IMG/VR virus record: IMGVR_UViG_3300050821_006121
Coordinates: 1 to 64,000 of that record
DNA length: 64,000 nucleotides
DNA from: a virus
Strand: one strand, 5' to 3'
Shown: one piece after another, positions 49,939 through 59,043 of the stretch
How the letters are laid out: every line of letters starts with the position of its first letter
How positions within the stretch are numbered: position 1 is the first letter of the stretch
Translations under genes and position numbers: made by a program
Notes under the pieces: generated by a model
What the model was told of the DNA's origin: nothing
Database searches by the model: none
The model's input: the letters and a program-made list of their open reading frames with translations, nothing else

Positions 49939-50195
49939 TGGACCCCAACAGCGCCGTGGCAGAGCCCGAGGTCGCCGTCCAGATCAATGCGCCGAGCGAC
50001 AACGATGTTTGCACCTGGACCAGCGACGTGGACGAGAAGCGCAGAGCGTTCGTCGTGAGCCAGATGGCCAACTGCGATGTCGATGGGAAGATATTGGTCC
50101 AGAATATGCATGCGGTTTGCGAGTGGCTCAAGAGCGGCAAGGTTCCCGATGCCCGTGTTGACGGGAGCAGGTCGGTGCCGAGGGTTGTTGCGTGA
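49932..50195 (+). CDS. Hypothetical protein
   Basis: Sub-ORF of 49911..50195. The start is uncertain. Confidence 0.45.
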   Translation: MVMDPNSAVAEPEVAVQINAPSDNDVCTWTSDVDEKRRAFVVSQMANCDVDGKILVQNMHAVCEWLKSGKVPDARVDGSRSVPRVVA

Positions 50196-50899
50196 GTTCT
50201 GGTCACCACCACCAGGAGTCGGCGGCCGTGAGCGTCGAGAGCTTGGACAAGATATTATCGATGCCGGCCGTGCGTGACAGGTTATGGCAACCGCGTGAGG
50301 AAGATAATTCCAGCGACGTGCCTTTCATCGCGGGCTACTCTAACGACCGCAAGACGATATTTTACGACCGCCATTTGCCTGAGACCATTACGCTCAAGCT
50401 CGATGGAAAGACGCGCGACATTCGCCCGCGTGAGCACATTAGGCCGCACGAGACTATCGAGCCGATCATCATCGACGTCCTCGGCTGGTCTTACTTCCCG
50501 GCACACGCGGTCGCCACGGCCTATGAGAAGCGCCAGTTCATCCAGCGCATTGGACCCGAGTGGTGGATGCCCTACACGCACGCCATGGACGGTTTCGCGA
50601 ATTCGGACGAACATGAACGCGTCACCAAGGTCCCCAAAGACCTGGACATGACTCCTTACTTGGCGCCCCCCGTCAACCGGCGCCTGGTCGAGGCCATGAA
50701 GAAGGCCATGGGCGGGGCGGCCAAGGAGTCAAAGGCGCTGGCACATTACACTGCGACCGGGAGGCCGGCCGAGCACTGCGGTCCCGTCACCGGGTGGCCC
50801 AAGGGAAACTGCGAACACTACGAGGCACCTAACGCCTGCGAGATCGTCCAGGGCCACATCGCGGCTCGGGGATGGTGCTCGCACTGGAGCCGCGCATGA
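50192..50899 (+). CDS. Hypothetical protein with Cys/His-rich C-terminus
   Basis: 235-aa ORF with a GTGA overlap at its start. Confidence 0.55.
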   Translation: MSSGHHHQESAAVSVESLDKILSMPAVRDRLWQPREEDNSSDVPFIAGYSNDRKTIFYDRHLPETITLKLDGKTRDIRPREHIRPHETIEPIIIDVLGWSYFPAHAVATAYEKRQFIQRIGPEWWMPYTHAMDGFANSDEHERVTKVPKDLDMTPYLAPPVNRRLVEAMKKAMGGAAKESKALAHYTATGRPAEHCGPVTGWPKGNCEHYEAPNACEIVQGHIAARGWCSHWSRA

Positions 50900-51096
50900 T
50901 CTGCCAAGCGTGCTATGGTCGAGGAGTCGAAACTGTTACGCGACCGATGTGCCAATTCTGTAACGGATCGGGCATCATTTATTGTTGTGATGACGCAGGC
51001 GTGGGCATCGTGGGTTTCCCGGTAAAGCCAAACTGGGTCGACAAGACTTATCCAATAGTCTTCGCGGAGGACCAAGAGCCGCGCACCAGGGAATAG
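50896..51096 (+). CDS. DnaJ-type zinc-finger small protein
   Basis: CQACYGRG and CQFCNGSG are two CxxCxGxG repeats. ATGA-coupled. Confidence 0.5.
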   Translation: MICQACYGRGVETVTRPMCQFCNGSGIIYCCDDAGVGIVGFPVKPNWVDKTYPIVFAEDQEPRTRE

Positions 51097-51100
51097 CGCG

Positions 51101-52222
51101 ATGAGTTCCGCCGTAGTCTACACCCCGCTCCTGGCCCAGCTCAACAAGCGCCAGTACCCGGTGACCACCGACCAGCTCAATTCGCTCCTCGCCGGGGCCA
51201 GCGTGGTCACGTTCTCCAGCCTGACCCAGGCTCTAGCGCCGTACCTCCTAATTTCGAGCCTGCCTGGATCGCTCGCCCCTTACGTCACCGCGGCAAGTCT
51301 CGCCGCGACCCTGGCAACCTTCCCGGCACTGTCGACCACGAACATCTGGACCGGGAAGCAGGAATTTAAGGACCTGCCGTGGGCCGACATAACGGCCTGG
51401 GGCGCGGTCAGGGGCCAGGACTCGACCACGGCGATCCAGGCGGCCGTGGACCACATGAACGGCGTCTACGGAGGCGGGTTTGTTTTCGTTCCCCCCGGGA
51501 CGTGGGTGACCGGGTCCGCGGGCATCACGATCAAGGGCGGCGTCATCCTGCTGGGGTCCGGTGCCGGCGTGTCGTACATAAACGGGACCGGCCAGGACGC
51601 GACGGTCATAACGTTCGACGGCTCGTGCAACTTTGCCGGGCTGAGGGACGCCCTGGTCGGGGGCTTCCTGACCACGGCGGCGACCCAGAACGCAGTAGTC
51701 GTGTCCAACGGCGTGCCGATGACCATGCGCGACACCTTGATAGTCGGCGGCCAGTACGCGCTCGACGTTCGCGGGGCCGGGAGGTTCTACAACGTGTCGC
51801 CCCAGGGCTACGTGGGGTGCGTGATCAGCTCCGGCTCTAGCTGGTTTACCGACTGCGCGTTTGACGGCCCCAACATCCCCTTGCTGTACGCCTACAACCG
51901 CGTGGCCCCCGGTGCCGCTGGCGGCTTCGAGGACCAGATAGTAGACTGCGACTTCTCGGGCAATTACCGCAACAGCATCCACATCGACGACGGGACGCTC
52001 CACCAGGTCAGGACCAAGATACTGGGCGGCATCATCTCGTCGCCGATCGCGGTGGTCAATCACGGCTGGACCCTGCTCAGCGGGTGCGAGCTCGGTAGCT
52101 CGGTCTACTCGCTGACCCCGACCAACCCGATAACGATCACCGGATGCTACCAGCAGGCTTCGGGCACCGTGACCCTGGCCGGAGCCAACGTGATCAAGAG
52201 CGCCAACTACCAGATCGCATGA
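51101..52222 (+). CDS. Tailspike/fibre with pectate-lyase-like beta-helix
   Basis: DITAWGAVRGQDSTTAIQAAVDHMNGVYGGGFVFVPPGTW is the Pectate_lyase_3 N-terminal signature. Confidence 0.7.
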   Translation: MSSAVVYTPLLAQLNKRQYPVTTDQLNSLLAGASVVTFSSLTQALAPYLLISSLPGSLAPYVTAASLAATLATFPALSTTNIWTGKQEFKDLPWADITAWGAVRGQDSTTAIQAAVDHMNGVYGGGFVFVPPGTWVTGSAGITIKGGVILLGSGAGVSYINGTGQDATVITFDGSCNFAGLRDALVGGFLTTAATQNAVVVSNGVPMTMRDTLIVGGQYALDVRGAGRFYNVSPQGYVGCVISSGSSWFTDCAFDGPNIPLLYAYNRVAPGAAGGFEDQIVDCDFSGNYRNSIHIDDGTLHQVRTKILGGIISSPIAVVNHGWTLLSGCELGSSVYSLTPTNPITITGCYQQASGTVTLAGANVIKSANYQIA

Positions 52223-52226
52223 CCTA

Positions 52227-52376
52227 ATGGGCGGCCACAACAACAAAGAGATACCGTATCCGGCCGACGCTCCCGAGCGCGCCGAGAAGCTCTACGCCGG
52301 GGGCGCGGTCGACCAGGCCGTGGCCGAGCACTTCGGCGTCAGCCGCCAGATCATCTACCTGTGGCGCTCGCGATGA
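52227..52376 (+). CDS. Small HTH protein (49 aa)
   Basis: AVAEHFGVSRQIIYLWRS is HTH-like. ATGA-coupled to the HNH gene. Confidence 0.45.
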   Translation: MGGHNNKEIPYPADAPERAEKLYAGGAVDQAVAEHFGVSRQIIYLWRSR

Positions 52377-53068
52377 ACAAGTACAAGTGTTGGCATGACC
52401 AGATAATTAAGTCTGCTAGAGGCAGGCCGAAGTCTGAGGAAACTGAAAGCCACCACATTTTGCCAAGGGCAATGGGTGGCTTGGACAGGAAAGAGAATCT
52501 AGTCAATCTGACCTATCGCGAGCACTTCCTGGTCCATTGGCTGCTGACCAAGTTCGTTGAACCAAGATTCACTCGCAAGATGCTCTGGGCCTTGAGCACG
52601 ATGCGTCGCAGTAGTCCAACGCGAGAGCGCGTTGTGTCGGGGTGGCAGTTTGCGGTAGCGAGGCAGGCCCATAGAGACTCTATGTTGGGGAGAGAATTAA
52701 CCCCGAGCCAAAAACTATGGCTACAGGAGCATGCGCGGGCGATAGGAAAGGCTACAACTGGAATTCCTAAAACAGCCGAGCATTGCGCCGCAGTTAGTGC
52801 AGCTAAAACAGGTAAGGTCCAATCTGAAAAACAATTAGCGCATCTAGCAAGAATGCGTGCGGCCAAAAATCCTGTCGTTTCGCAGGAGACTAGACTTAAA
52901 ATAAGCGAGACTGGTCAAGGGAGAAAACGTTCTCCAGAAACAATTGCAAAGTTTAGCAAGGCGATGACTGGACAACGCAGAACAGATGAGAGCCGTGCTA
53001 AGATGCGTGCCTCTCGACTAAAATATGTGGCGCAGCAGCGTGGAGAGTTAGTCACGACCAATGTCTGA
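52373..53068 (+). CDS. HNH homing endonuclease with NUMOD3-like repeats
   Basis: SHHILPRAMGG..ENLVNLTYREH is the HNH core, followed by repeated helix motifs. Lies in a low-GC island. Confidence 0.8.
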   Translation: MNKYKCWHDQIIKSARGRPKSEETESHHILPRAMGGLDRKENLVNLTYREHFLVHWLLTKFVEPRFTRKMLWALSTMRRSSPTRERVVSGWQFAVARQAHRDSMLGRELTPSQKLWLQEHARAIGKATTGIPKTAEHCAAVSAAKTGKVQSEKQLAHLARMRAAKNPVVSQETRLKISETGQGRKRSPETIAKFSKAMTGQRRTDESRAKMRASRLKYVAQQRGELVTTNV

Positions 53069-53420
53069 TACTGAAAAGCCCAAAGGTGTCGGGCGTCCGG
53101 CTGGCGCTATCGTGGTCGCCAACCGTTATGTGGCCAAGGCGTTATCGATCGATGGAGGCGTCCTCCCGTTAGAGGTCCTTGTCCATTCCATGCGATCTTA
53201 TTGGAAGCGGTTCCAGACCAGTCACGATGAAAAAGATCGGGCGATGGCCTGCGCGATTGCCGAAAAAGCCGCGCCGTATTTCCATGCCAGGCTGGCTTCT
53301 ATTGAGCACTCGGGCGAGGTATCTATTCCAACCGTGGCGCGAGTTCCCGAAGTATCAAAGGACACAGACTCTTGGCGCAAGCAGCACGTACCGAAGGAAC
53401 CCAAGACGACGTTGCAGTAG
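53061..53420 (+). CDS. Terminase small subunit (putative)
   Basis: N-terminal GVGRPAG, central ..KAAPYFHARL motif, and position immediately upstream of TerL. Confidence 0.55.
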   Translation: MSDTEKPKGVGRPAGAIVVANRYVAKALSIDGGVLPLEVLVHSMRSYWKRFQTSHDEKDRAMACAIAEKAAPYFHARLASIEHSGEVSIPTVARVPEVSKDTDSWRKQHVPKEPKTTLQ

Positions 53421-54946
53421 TTTGGGAAGCCCAGCCTGGACCGCAAACCGCACTCATAGCTTGCCCAGTCTTTGAGGTTTTCTTTGGCGGGGCACGCGGC
53501 GGCGGCAAGACCGATGGCATGCTTGGCGAGTGGATAAGCCACCAAGACTTGTACGGGGCCAGCGCCTCTGGCCTCATGATCCGGCGCACTTTGCGGGATC
53601 TTGAAGACACAATAAAGCGGTCTAAGCAAATATTCCTGGCACTCGGAGCCAAGTTCAACGAGACCGATAAGGTCTGGAAATTCCCGAACAAGTCCGAGAT
53701 CAAGTTCCGGTATCTCGACAACGACAGCGACGCCGACCACTATCAGGGACATAGTTACACGCGGGTATACGTCGAGGAGATCGGTCAGTTCCCGTCTCCC
53801 GACCCGGTGCTGAAGCTTATGGCGACCCTGCGATCTGGCGCCGACGTTCCGTGCGGATTCAGGGCCACGGGAAATCCTGGGGGACCTGGGCACCAGTGGG
53901 TCAAGGCCAGGTACATTACGCCGAACCCAACAGGCTGGCAGGTCATAACGAGCGAGTTTAAAAATCCCTGGACCGCCAAGGCGATCGTCAAAGAGCGGGT
54001 GTTTATTCCTTCCATGCTGCGGGATAACACGTATCTTGGGGACGAGTACGTTGCCAATCTTTACCTCTCCGGCAACTCAAATCTAGTCAAGGCGTGGCTC
54101 GATGGTGACTGGTCGGTTATTGATGGGGCGTTCTTCCCTGAGTGGAACTCGTTTCGTCATATTGTTGCACCTTTTCAGATTCCGTTTGTTTGGTCAAAGT
54201 TTCGCTCTGGTGACTGGGGTACCGCTAAGCCGTTTAGTGTCGGGTGGTGGGCCGTTGTTGGCGATGACTACGTTCTTCCTACTGGCTACACTCTTCCGCG
54301 CGGTGCGTTAGTCCGTTACCGGGAATGGTACGGCTCGAATGGTCAGGCGAACGTTGGGTTGCACCTGACCGCCGAGGAAGTCGCCAAGGGCATCGTTGAC
54401 CGCGAAGGTCGTGAACTTTACGAAACCAACAAGAATGCGGATAGCATCTACGGGGTCCTTGACCCGCGCTGCTTTGCCAATGACGGCGGCCCATCTATTG
54501 CCGAGCGGATGTTTACGTCACATAAGGTTGCGTGGCGTCCAGCGGACAATGCTCGCGTTCCTCGTGCCGGCGCCATGGGCGGATGGGACCAGTTGCGGTC
54601 AAGGTTGCTGGGCACTGCAAGGCGCCACCAAACAACCGGCGAGATAGACTGGTCGACCGGCGACCCGATGATCTATTTCTTTTCAACGTGCGTCGATTCA
54701 ATTCGAACAGTTCCAGCCCTCCCGCACGATTCGCACAGGCCTGAGGACGTGGACACCGAAGCCGAGGACCATGCGGCGGACGAGATTCGATACGCCTGCA
54801 TGTCGCGGCCGATGACCAAGTCATCGCCGATGAAGGCAGTAGAGAAGATCATCAGCACCGACCCGACCAAGACCACGGTCACCCTCACCGACATGTGGGA
54901 GGCCAACGAGCGCGGGCACAAGCGGAGCGGAGGACGAATTGCGTAG
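53372..54946 (+). CDS. Terminase large subunit
   Basis: FGGARGGGKTD is the Walker A motif, YVEEIG the Walker B-like motif. A nuclease-domain acidic motif lies near the C-terminus. TTG start. Confidence 0.85.
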   Translation: MAQAARTEGTQDDVAVVWEAQPGPQTALIACPVFEVFFGGARGGGKTDGMLGEWISHQDLYGASASGLMIRRTLRDLEDTIKRSKQIFLALGAKFNETDKVWKFPNKSEIKFRYLDNDSDADHYQGHSYTRVYVEEIGQFPSPDPVLKLMATLRSGADVPCGFRATGNPGGPGHQWVKARYITPNPTGWQVITSEFKNPWTAKAIVKERVFIPSMLRDNTYLGDEYVANLYLSGNSNLVKAWLDGDWSVIDGAFFPEWNSFRHIVAPFQIPFVWSKFRSGDWGTAKPFSVGWWAVVGDDYVLPTGYTLPRGALVRYREWYGSNGQANVGLHLTAEEVAKGIVDREGRELYETNKNADSIYGVLDPRCFANDGGPSIAERMFTSHKVAWRPADNARVPRAGAMGGWDQLRSRLLGTARRHQTTGEIDWSTGDPMIYFFSTCVDSIRTVPALPHDSHRPEDVDTEAEDHAADEIRYACMSRPMTKSSPMKAVEKIISTDPTKTTVTLTDMWEANERGHKRSGGRIA

Positions 54947-55268
54947 AGCACCCAACAGACTTCACGACAACCTCATCGTGGGACTTCGCGACGTCAGCCA
55001 CTCGCGCCCGCTCGACTTCAACGACCCGATAAAGAGCCCCCGAGTTTTTGGCCGACCGACGAACATCCGCCAGATTGTCTCGTGGTGGGGGCGGCTAAAG
55101 GCGGCGTGGCTCGTCTTCACGCTGAACGCGGTGGCCCTGAGGTGGTACGACGAGAACAACGCTCACCAGTACGGCAAGACGTGGTACGAGGCGCATGAAA
55201 ATAGACACAGTAACCCTATCCGACCTAGTCCGCCGCCTGACCGTCGGCGCCATGACCAACGAGCATAA
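54939..55268 (+). CDS. Hypothetical protein
   Basis: TTG start with SD GGAGG. GC3 drops after about 55195, where the next gene begins. Confidence 0.45.
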   Translation: MRRAPNRLHDNLIVGLRDVSHSRPLDFNDPIKSPRVFGRPTNIRQIVSWWGRLKAAWLVFTLNAVALRWYDENNAHQYGKTWYEAHENRHSNPIRPSPPPDRRRHDQRA

Positions 55269-55509
55269 TCCCCAGGCCGTGGCCAAGGTCATAAACGATC
55301 TGTGCCGGGAGCGCGACAGCGCAACCGCCCGCATCCGCGAGCTGGAGCAAGTCTGCCTCCCGTCGGTGCAGATCGCCGAGCGCAACGGATACGCCAAGGG
55401 GTTCAGGGCAGGGATCATGGCCGCGGCCCAGATGGAGCGCGACCCGATGACGGCCGACGCCATTGCGGCGCTCCAACCCGACTACGCGTTGGCGGGAGAA
55501 AGCCTATGA
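55195..55509 (+). CDS. Hypothetical protein
   Basis: 104-aa ORF overlapping the previous ORF by 74 nt. Confidence 0.5.
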   Translation: MKIDTVTLSDLVRRLTVGAMTNEHNPQAVAKVINDLCRERDSATARIRELEQVCLPSVQIAERNGYAKGFRAGIMAAAQMERDPMTADAIAALQPDYALAGESL

Positions 55510-55682
55510 CACACCGCTATACTTTGCTCGTTAAGAGTGATGAGGGCGACGGCTATTTCACCGTGCCGATTAACCTAACAGGTGACGAGGTAGATGGAGC
55601 AAAGGTGGCACGCATAAAAGACGCATTGACGATCGCCAAGGACATGCAGATTCAGAGGGCGGAGTCTCGATGCATCAACTGA
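55506..55682 (+). CDS. Hypothetical protein (58 aa)
   Basis: ATGA-coupled internal ATG of the 55302..55682 ORF. Confidence 0.45.
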   Translation: MTHRYTLLVKSDEGDGYFTVPINLTGDEVDGAKVARIKDALTIAKDMQIQRAESRCIN

Positions 55683-55870
55683 TCGCCGTCCCCAACAACA
55701 AGTTCGACGGCCACGGCTGGCAGGACCCGAGCAAGGTCGAGGCCGCCGCGGTCCTTAACCGCGCGCTTCGTGACGAGTTCAATCACCAAGCCGAGGCCAG
55801 GTGCACGGCCACGCTGGCGTGTTTCCTGGAGTTCAGGATCGCTGAGGCGTTGCGGTCGAGGGACAACTAG
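55670..55870 (+). CDS. Hypothetical protein
   Basis: 66-aa ORF. Confidence 0.45.
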   Translation: MHQLIAVPNNKFDGHGWQDPSKVEAAAVLNRALRDEFNHQAEARCTATLACFLEFRIAEALRSRDN

Positions 55871-55871
55871 G

Positions 55872-56243
55872 ATGGCGGGAGAGATCATCAGGCTCAAGAA
55901 GCCCACGCTAGACATCAAGCGCGTAGCTCAATCGACCGCCGCGTCGGGCGCTCCGCCCGACGGACAGTCGCCCATGTTCGAGACCAACCTTCTGGAGACC
56001 TTAGGGATTCGCAAGTTCATCGAGATGAGCATCGCAGACATCAGGACCCAGCTGGAGAAGGCGGCCCGGGACGGCACGCCCCGCAAGTTATTCCTTGCCC
56101 AGAAGCAGAACGCATTCGTGATAACGGCGTGGCTCACCAGCGCGCTCATGATGGTCGACGGCATGCTCGCCAGCGCCGCCCTGACCGGCAACACCAACTT
56201 GGCCGACGAGATGAGGACCGATGAAGAAGTACTTGCCGCATAG
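55872..56243 (+). CDS. Hypothetical protein
   Basis: ATG located 2 nt after the upstream stop. 123 aa. Confidence 0.5.
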   Translation: MAGEIIRLKKPTLDIKRVAQSTAASGAPPDGQSPMFETNLLETLGIRKFIEMSIADIRTQLEKAARDGTPRKLFLAQKQNAFVITAWLTSALMMVDGMLASAALTGNTNLADEMRTDEEVLAA

Positions 56244-56595
56244 CCTGCTGCTCCTTGCGCTGCTGATTGTTCCTGCGTCCTCGGCCGTGGTCACGTCGGG
56301 GGGATACGTCTCTGCTGGCGCAGGCCAGTACGGGGTGTCGATCTCAACGTCGGTTGTGTCGACCTTGACCGTTCCAGCGGGATCGGCCGGTGCCCAGATA
56401 TGCGTCGAGACCGCGGGCATCAGATATACCGACGACGGGTCGACCCCGACGTCATCGACGGGGATGCCCGCCGTCCCAGGTTCATCTTCGATTCCGGTCT
56501 GCTTCCAGTATTTTGGCCCACTCAATAAACTGAAGATCATTGGTATCTCTGGGTCGCCGACTATCGATGTTAGCTACTACAAGACGAGTGGTTAA
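56221..56595 (+). CDS. Signal-peptide protein in the structural module
   Basis: Signal MKKYLPHSLLLLALLIVPASSA followed by a Ser/Thr/Gly-rich beta-type sequence. Confidence 0.55.
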   Translation: MKKYLPHSLLLLALLIVPASSAVVTSGGYVSAGAGQYGVSISTSVVSTLTVPAGSAGAQICVETAGIRYTDDGSTPTSSTGMPAVPGSSSIPVCFQYFGPLNKLKIIGISGSPTIDVSYYKTSG

Positions 56596-56601
56596 CGTCA
56601 G

Positions 56602-58197
56602 ATGATGAATTTTCTTAGGTCGCTTGCACTTCTCGCGGTTCTCAGCGGCAGCGCCGCTGCTCAGAATCAGCAGGTGCCGATCGGTCCTAGTGGAGGAGGC
56701 GGAGGCAGTTCTGGCGGCGGAGGCACCGTCACGTCGGTTTCGGTTGTAACGGCCAATGGTGTTTCCGCCACCGTCACAAATCCCACGACGACTCCCGCAT
56801 TCACGTTCACGCTCGGGGCGATCACGCCGACATCGGGTGCGTTCGGTGGATGTACTCTCGGCAGCAATGTCCTTTGCGCAACCGGGACTGATCAATTCAA
56901 TATTCCAAGCACGAGTCCAGGTGGAGTTCCAAGCTATTTTCTCATCACCGGTAATGCTGCCGCAGCAGCGGCAACACCGCATCAGCAAGGCTTGCAGATC
57001 AGTGCATCTGACAATAATTTTGCTGCTATCTACCTTGACAGTTACGGGGCCGGATTCCGCAGCATTGAGAATTTGCGCGCGGCACGCGGCACGGGCGCGT
57101 CGCCTACGGCTTTACAGCAATGGGACGAAATGGCGCGGTGGTCAGGTCGCGGCTATGGCGCCACTGCATTTAGCGGTAGCTTGGGCTCAATATCAGTTGT
57201 TGCTGCGCAAAACTTTACAGACAGCGCACAAGGCACTTTCGTTTGCGTTCGCACGGTTGCACTTAATGCGGTTGGCGGCGGGTCAGTCTCCGTACCGCCA
57301 TGTGTTGTGGGCTTTACGCCGAGCGGTGGTCTAGTCGTTGGCCCGTCGTTTTTCACTTACAACGCAAATACAAATACCCAGCTTGTGAGCGACCCTGGCG
57401 CGGGCGCCATTAATGCCTCTGCTTCTGTGACGATTGGAGCGGGCTCGGCAATCACGTCGAGCGGTCCAGGGGGAGTGCTGGGTACAGCGGCATTCGTAAA
57501 TACCGGAACAAGCGGTGCGACGATCCCGCTCAACAATGGCGGCTTCACCCAATCAGGCACGGCCAATTTCACCAGCACGTTCCAGATCAACAGCAACACG
57601 ATCACGTGGCCGGCTGCGGCGATTTCAGTGGCGCGTATCGACGCTGGCCAGACATTCATTGGCAACGAAGTCTTTCAGGCGTCGGGTGCAACGAGCACGA
57701 ATGCGACAGTAAGCATCGGCACTTCGACCACAACTTCCAGCAATCAAGCCGTATCACTTTTGAATGATAATTCCCTAGGTACGGGGAATATACGCGTCAA
57801 CAATTCAGCCAGTGCTGGCACTACCCTCGTCAATGTGCCGTCCGCTTATGTTCTAACTAACGGCGGAACAGCGGCTGGTGGTCTCTACTTAGGTACTTCG
57901 GCGAACAGCGCGCCAATAGTGTTTTATACTGGCGGCACCGTCACAGCGACCAACGCAGCGATGGTCATCAGTGGAACTGGACAGGGCGTGACGGTCGGAT
58001 CGGCAACCCCAGCGGCAGGCCAACGCGGCGATCTCTCGCAGATCAAGGAGACCGATGCCGCTGCCGCTCCCGGCGCGGGATACGCCGTTCTTAAATGGGT
58101 CGCGGGAACGAATTCTGGCTCATGTAAACTGATCGGCTACGCGGGAACATCTGCAACGCCGGTCACGATTGTAGACAACATTGGTGGTGGGTGCTGA
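56602..58197 (+). CDS. Fibre-like Gly/Thr/Ser-rich protein with N-terminal signal-like sequence
   Basis: 531 aa. N-terminus MMNFLRSLALLAVLSGSAAAQ, followed by a Gly run. Confidence 0.6.
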   Translation: MMNFLRSLALLAVLSGSAAAQNQQVPIGPSGGGGGSSGGGGTVTSVSVVTANGVSATVTNPTTTPAFTFTLGAITPTSGAFGGCTLGSNVLCATGTDQFNIPSTSPGGVPSYFLITGNAAAAAATPHQQGLQISASDNNFAAIYLDSYGAGFRSIENLRAARGTGASPTALQQWDEMARWSGRGYGATAFSGSLGSISVVAAQNFTDSAQGTFVCVRTVALNAVGGGSVSVPPCVVGFTPSGGLVVGPSFFTYNANTNTQLVSDPGAGAINASASVTIGAGSAITSSGPGGVLGTAAFVNTGTSGATIPLNNGGFTQSGTANFTSTFQINSNTITWPAAAISVARIDAGQTFIGNEVFQASGATSTNATVSIGTSTTTSSNQAVSLLNDNSLGTGNIRVNNSASAGTTLVNVPSAYVLTNGGTAAGGLYLGTSANSAPIVFYTGGTVTATNAAMVISGTGQGVTVGSATPAAGQRGDLSQIKETDAAAAPGAGYAVLKWVAGTNSGSCKLIGYAGTSATPVTIVDNIGGGC

Positions 58198-58288
58198 TCA
58201 TGAAAAAGCTTCTCATTCTCGCTATACTCTTACCAATTCGGTGCTGATCATGAAAAAGCTTTTCTTCCTCGCTGTCCTCTTTCCAGTT
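58189..58288 (+). repeat. Diverged 50-bp tandem duplication of a gene start
   Basis: GGTGCTGATCATGAAAAAGCTT occurs at 58190 and again at 58240. The first copy encodes only a 15-aa MKKLLILAILLPIRC stub. Confidence 0.7.
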
Positions 58289-58579
58289 CAAAGCTTCGCG
58301 GCGGGACTAGTCCCGCCGGTTAATGTCGACATGGGCTGCACGATTGCCGGGCAGACGCTGCAATACAATGGATCGGTATTGGCTTGCGCGGCGCCGACGC
58401 GGCCTCTCGCAACCGTTGGTGCCGGCGGCGGACAATTGCCGACCTGTAATTCGACCACCAAAGGCGCAATGTTTCTGGTAACCGATGCCCTGACGCCGGT
58501 TGCCATAGCCACGGTTGTTGGCGGCGGCGCAGTCTCGATTGGCGTTACCTGCAACGGTACGAATTGGATCGTGCAATGA
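58250..58579 (+). CDS. Signal-peptide protein
   Basis: Signal MKKLFFLAVLFPVQSFAA. 109 aa. Starts at the second copy of the duplicated start. Confidence 0.55.
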   Translation: MKKLFFLAVLFPVQSFAAGLVPPVNVDMGCTIAGQTLQYNGSVLACAAPTRPLATVGAGGGQLPTCNSTTKGAMFLVTDALTPVAIATVVGGGAVSIGVTCNGTNWIVQ

Positions 58580-58585
58580 TGCGGC

Positions 58586-59002
58586 TTACTTGGTATCTGC
58601 GGATGTAAGTAACGTGTTTACCCGCGTATCGAACAGTGGACTGTGGAACACGACCGTGATGCGGGTCTTGATTAGGTCAGCATCAGCCTGTGTCAGATCG
58701 TAGGGTGCCTTGGCGTGGTAGACCGCGATGCCTAGATCGGCGCGACGGCGAAGTTCGGGGCCATCGGCCGCCTGGTCCTGCACCATCAGGGCGCGCACGG
58801 CCAAGAGGCCAAGAGTCAATGGTTGCTTGTCCTTGCAGGCCGGATCGGTCGGCTCGATGTTGACCGGACTGGTACACTGGTAGATCGGCACGTTGTCGAT
58901 ATCGGTGAGAATGACCGTGAAATCGACCTTGTGGGTCGTGTCCGCGGCGAGCGCGGTGGTGGCAATGAGACCTGAAACTAGGGCTGTTGCGAGGCGGATC
59001 AT
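58586..59002 (-). CDS. Secreted protein (antisense moron)
   Basis: Signal MIRLATALVSGLIATTALAAD. Own promoter. On the strand opposite the flanking structural genes. Confidence 0.6.
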   Translation of the reverse strand: MIRLATALVSGLIATTALAADTTHKVDFTVILTDIDNVPIYQCTSPVNIEPTDPACKDKQPLTLGLLAVRALMVQDQAADGPELRRRADLGIAVYHAKAPYDLTQADADLIKTRITVVFHSPLFDTRVNTLLTSADTK

Positions 59003-59043
59003 GTGGCAAGAACTCCCTTGGGGCTTGGACTAGGATGAATACC

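Noticed and set aside
51248-52246. 332-aa minus-strand ORF
   Set aside because: It is antisense to the beta-helix tailspike gene.
57305-57345. GGGCTTTACG matches inside coding sequence (also at 16705, 18967 and 41598)
   Set aside because: No acceptable -10 lies at 16-18 nt, and the hits are inside a CDS or tRNA genes, so these are chance matches to the -35 half.
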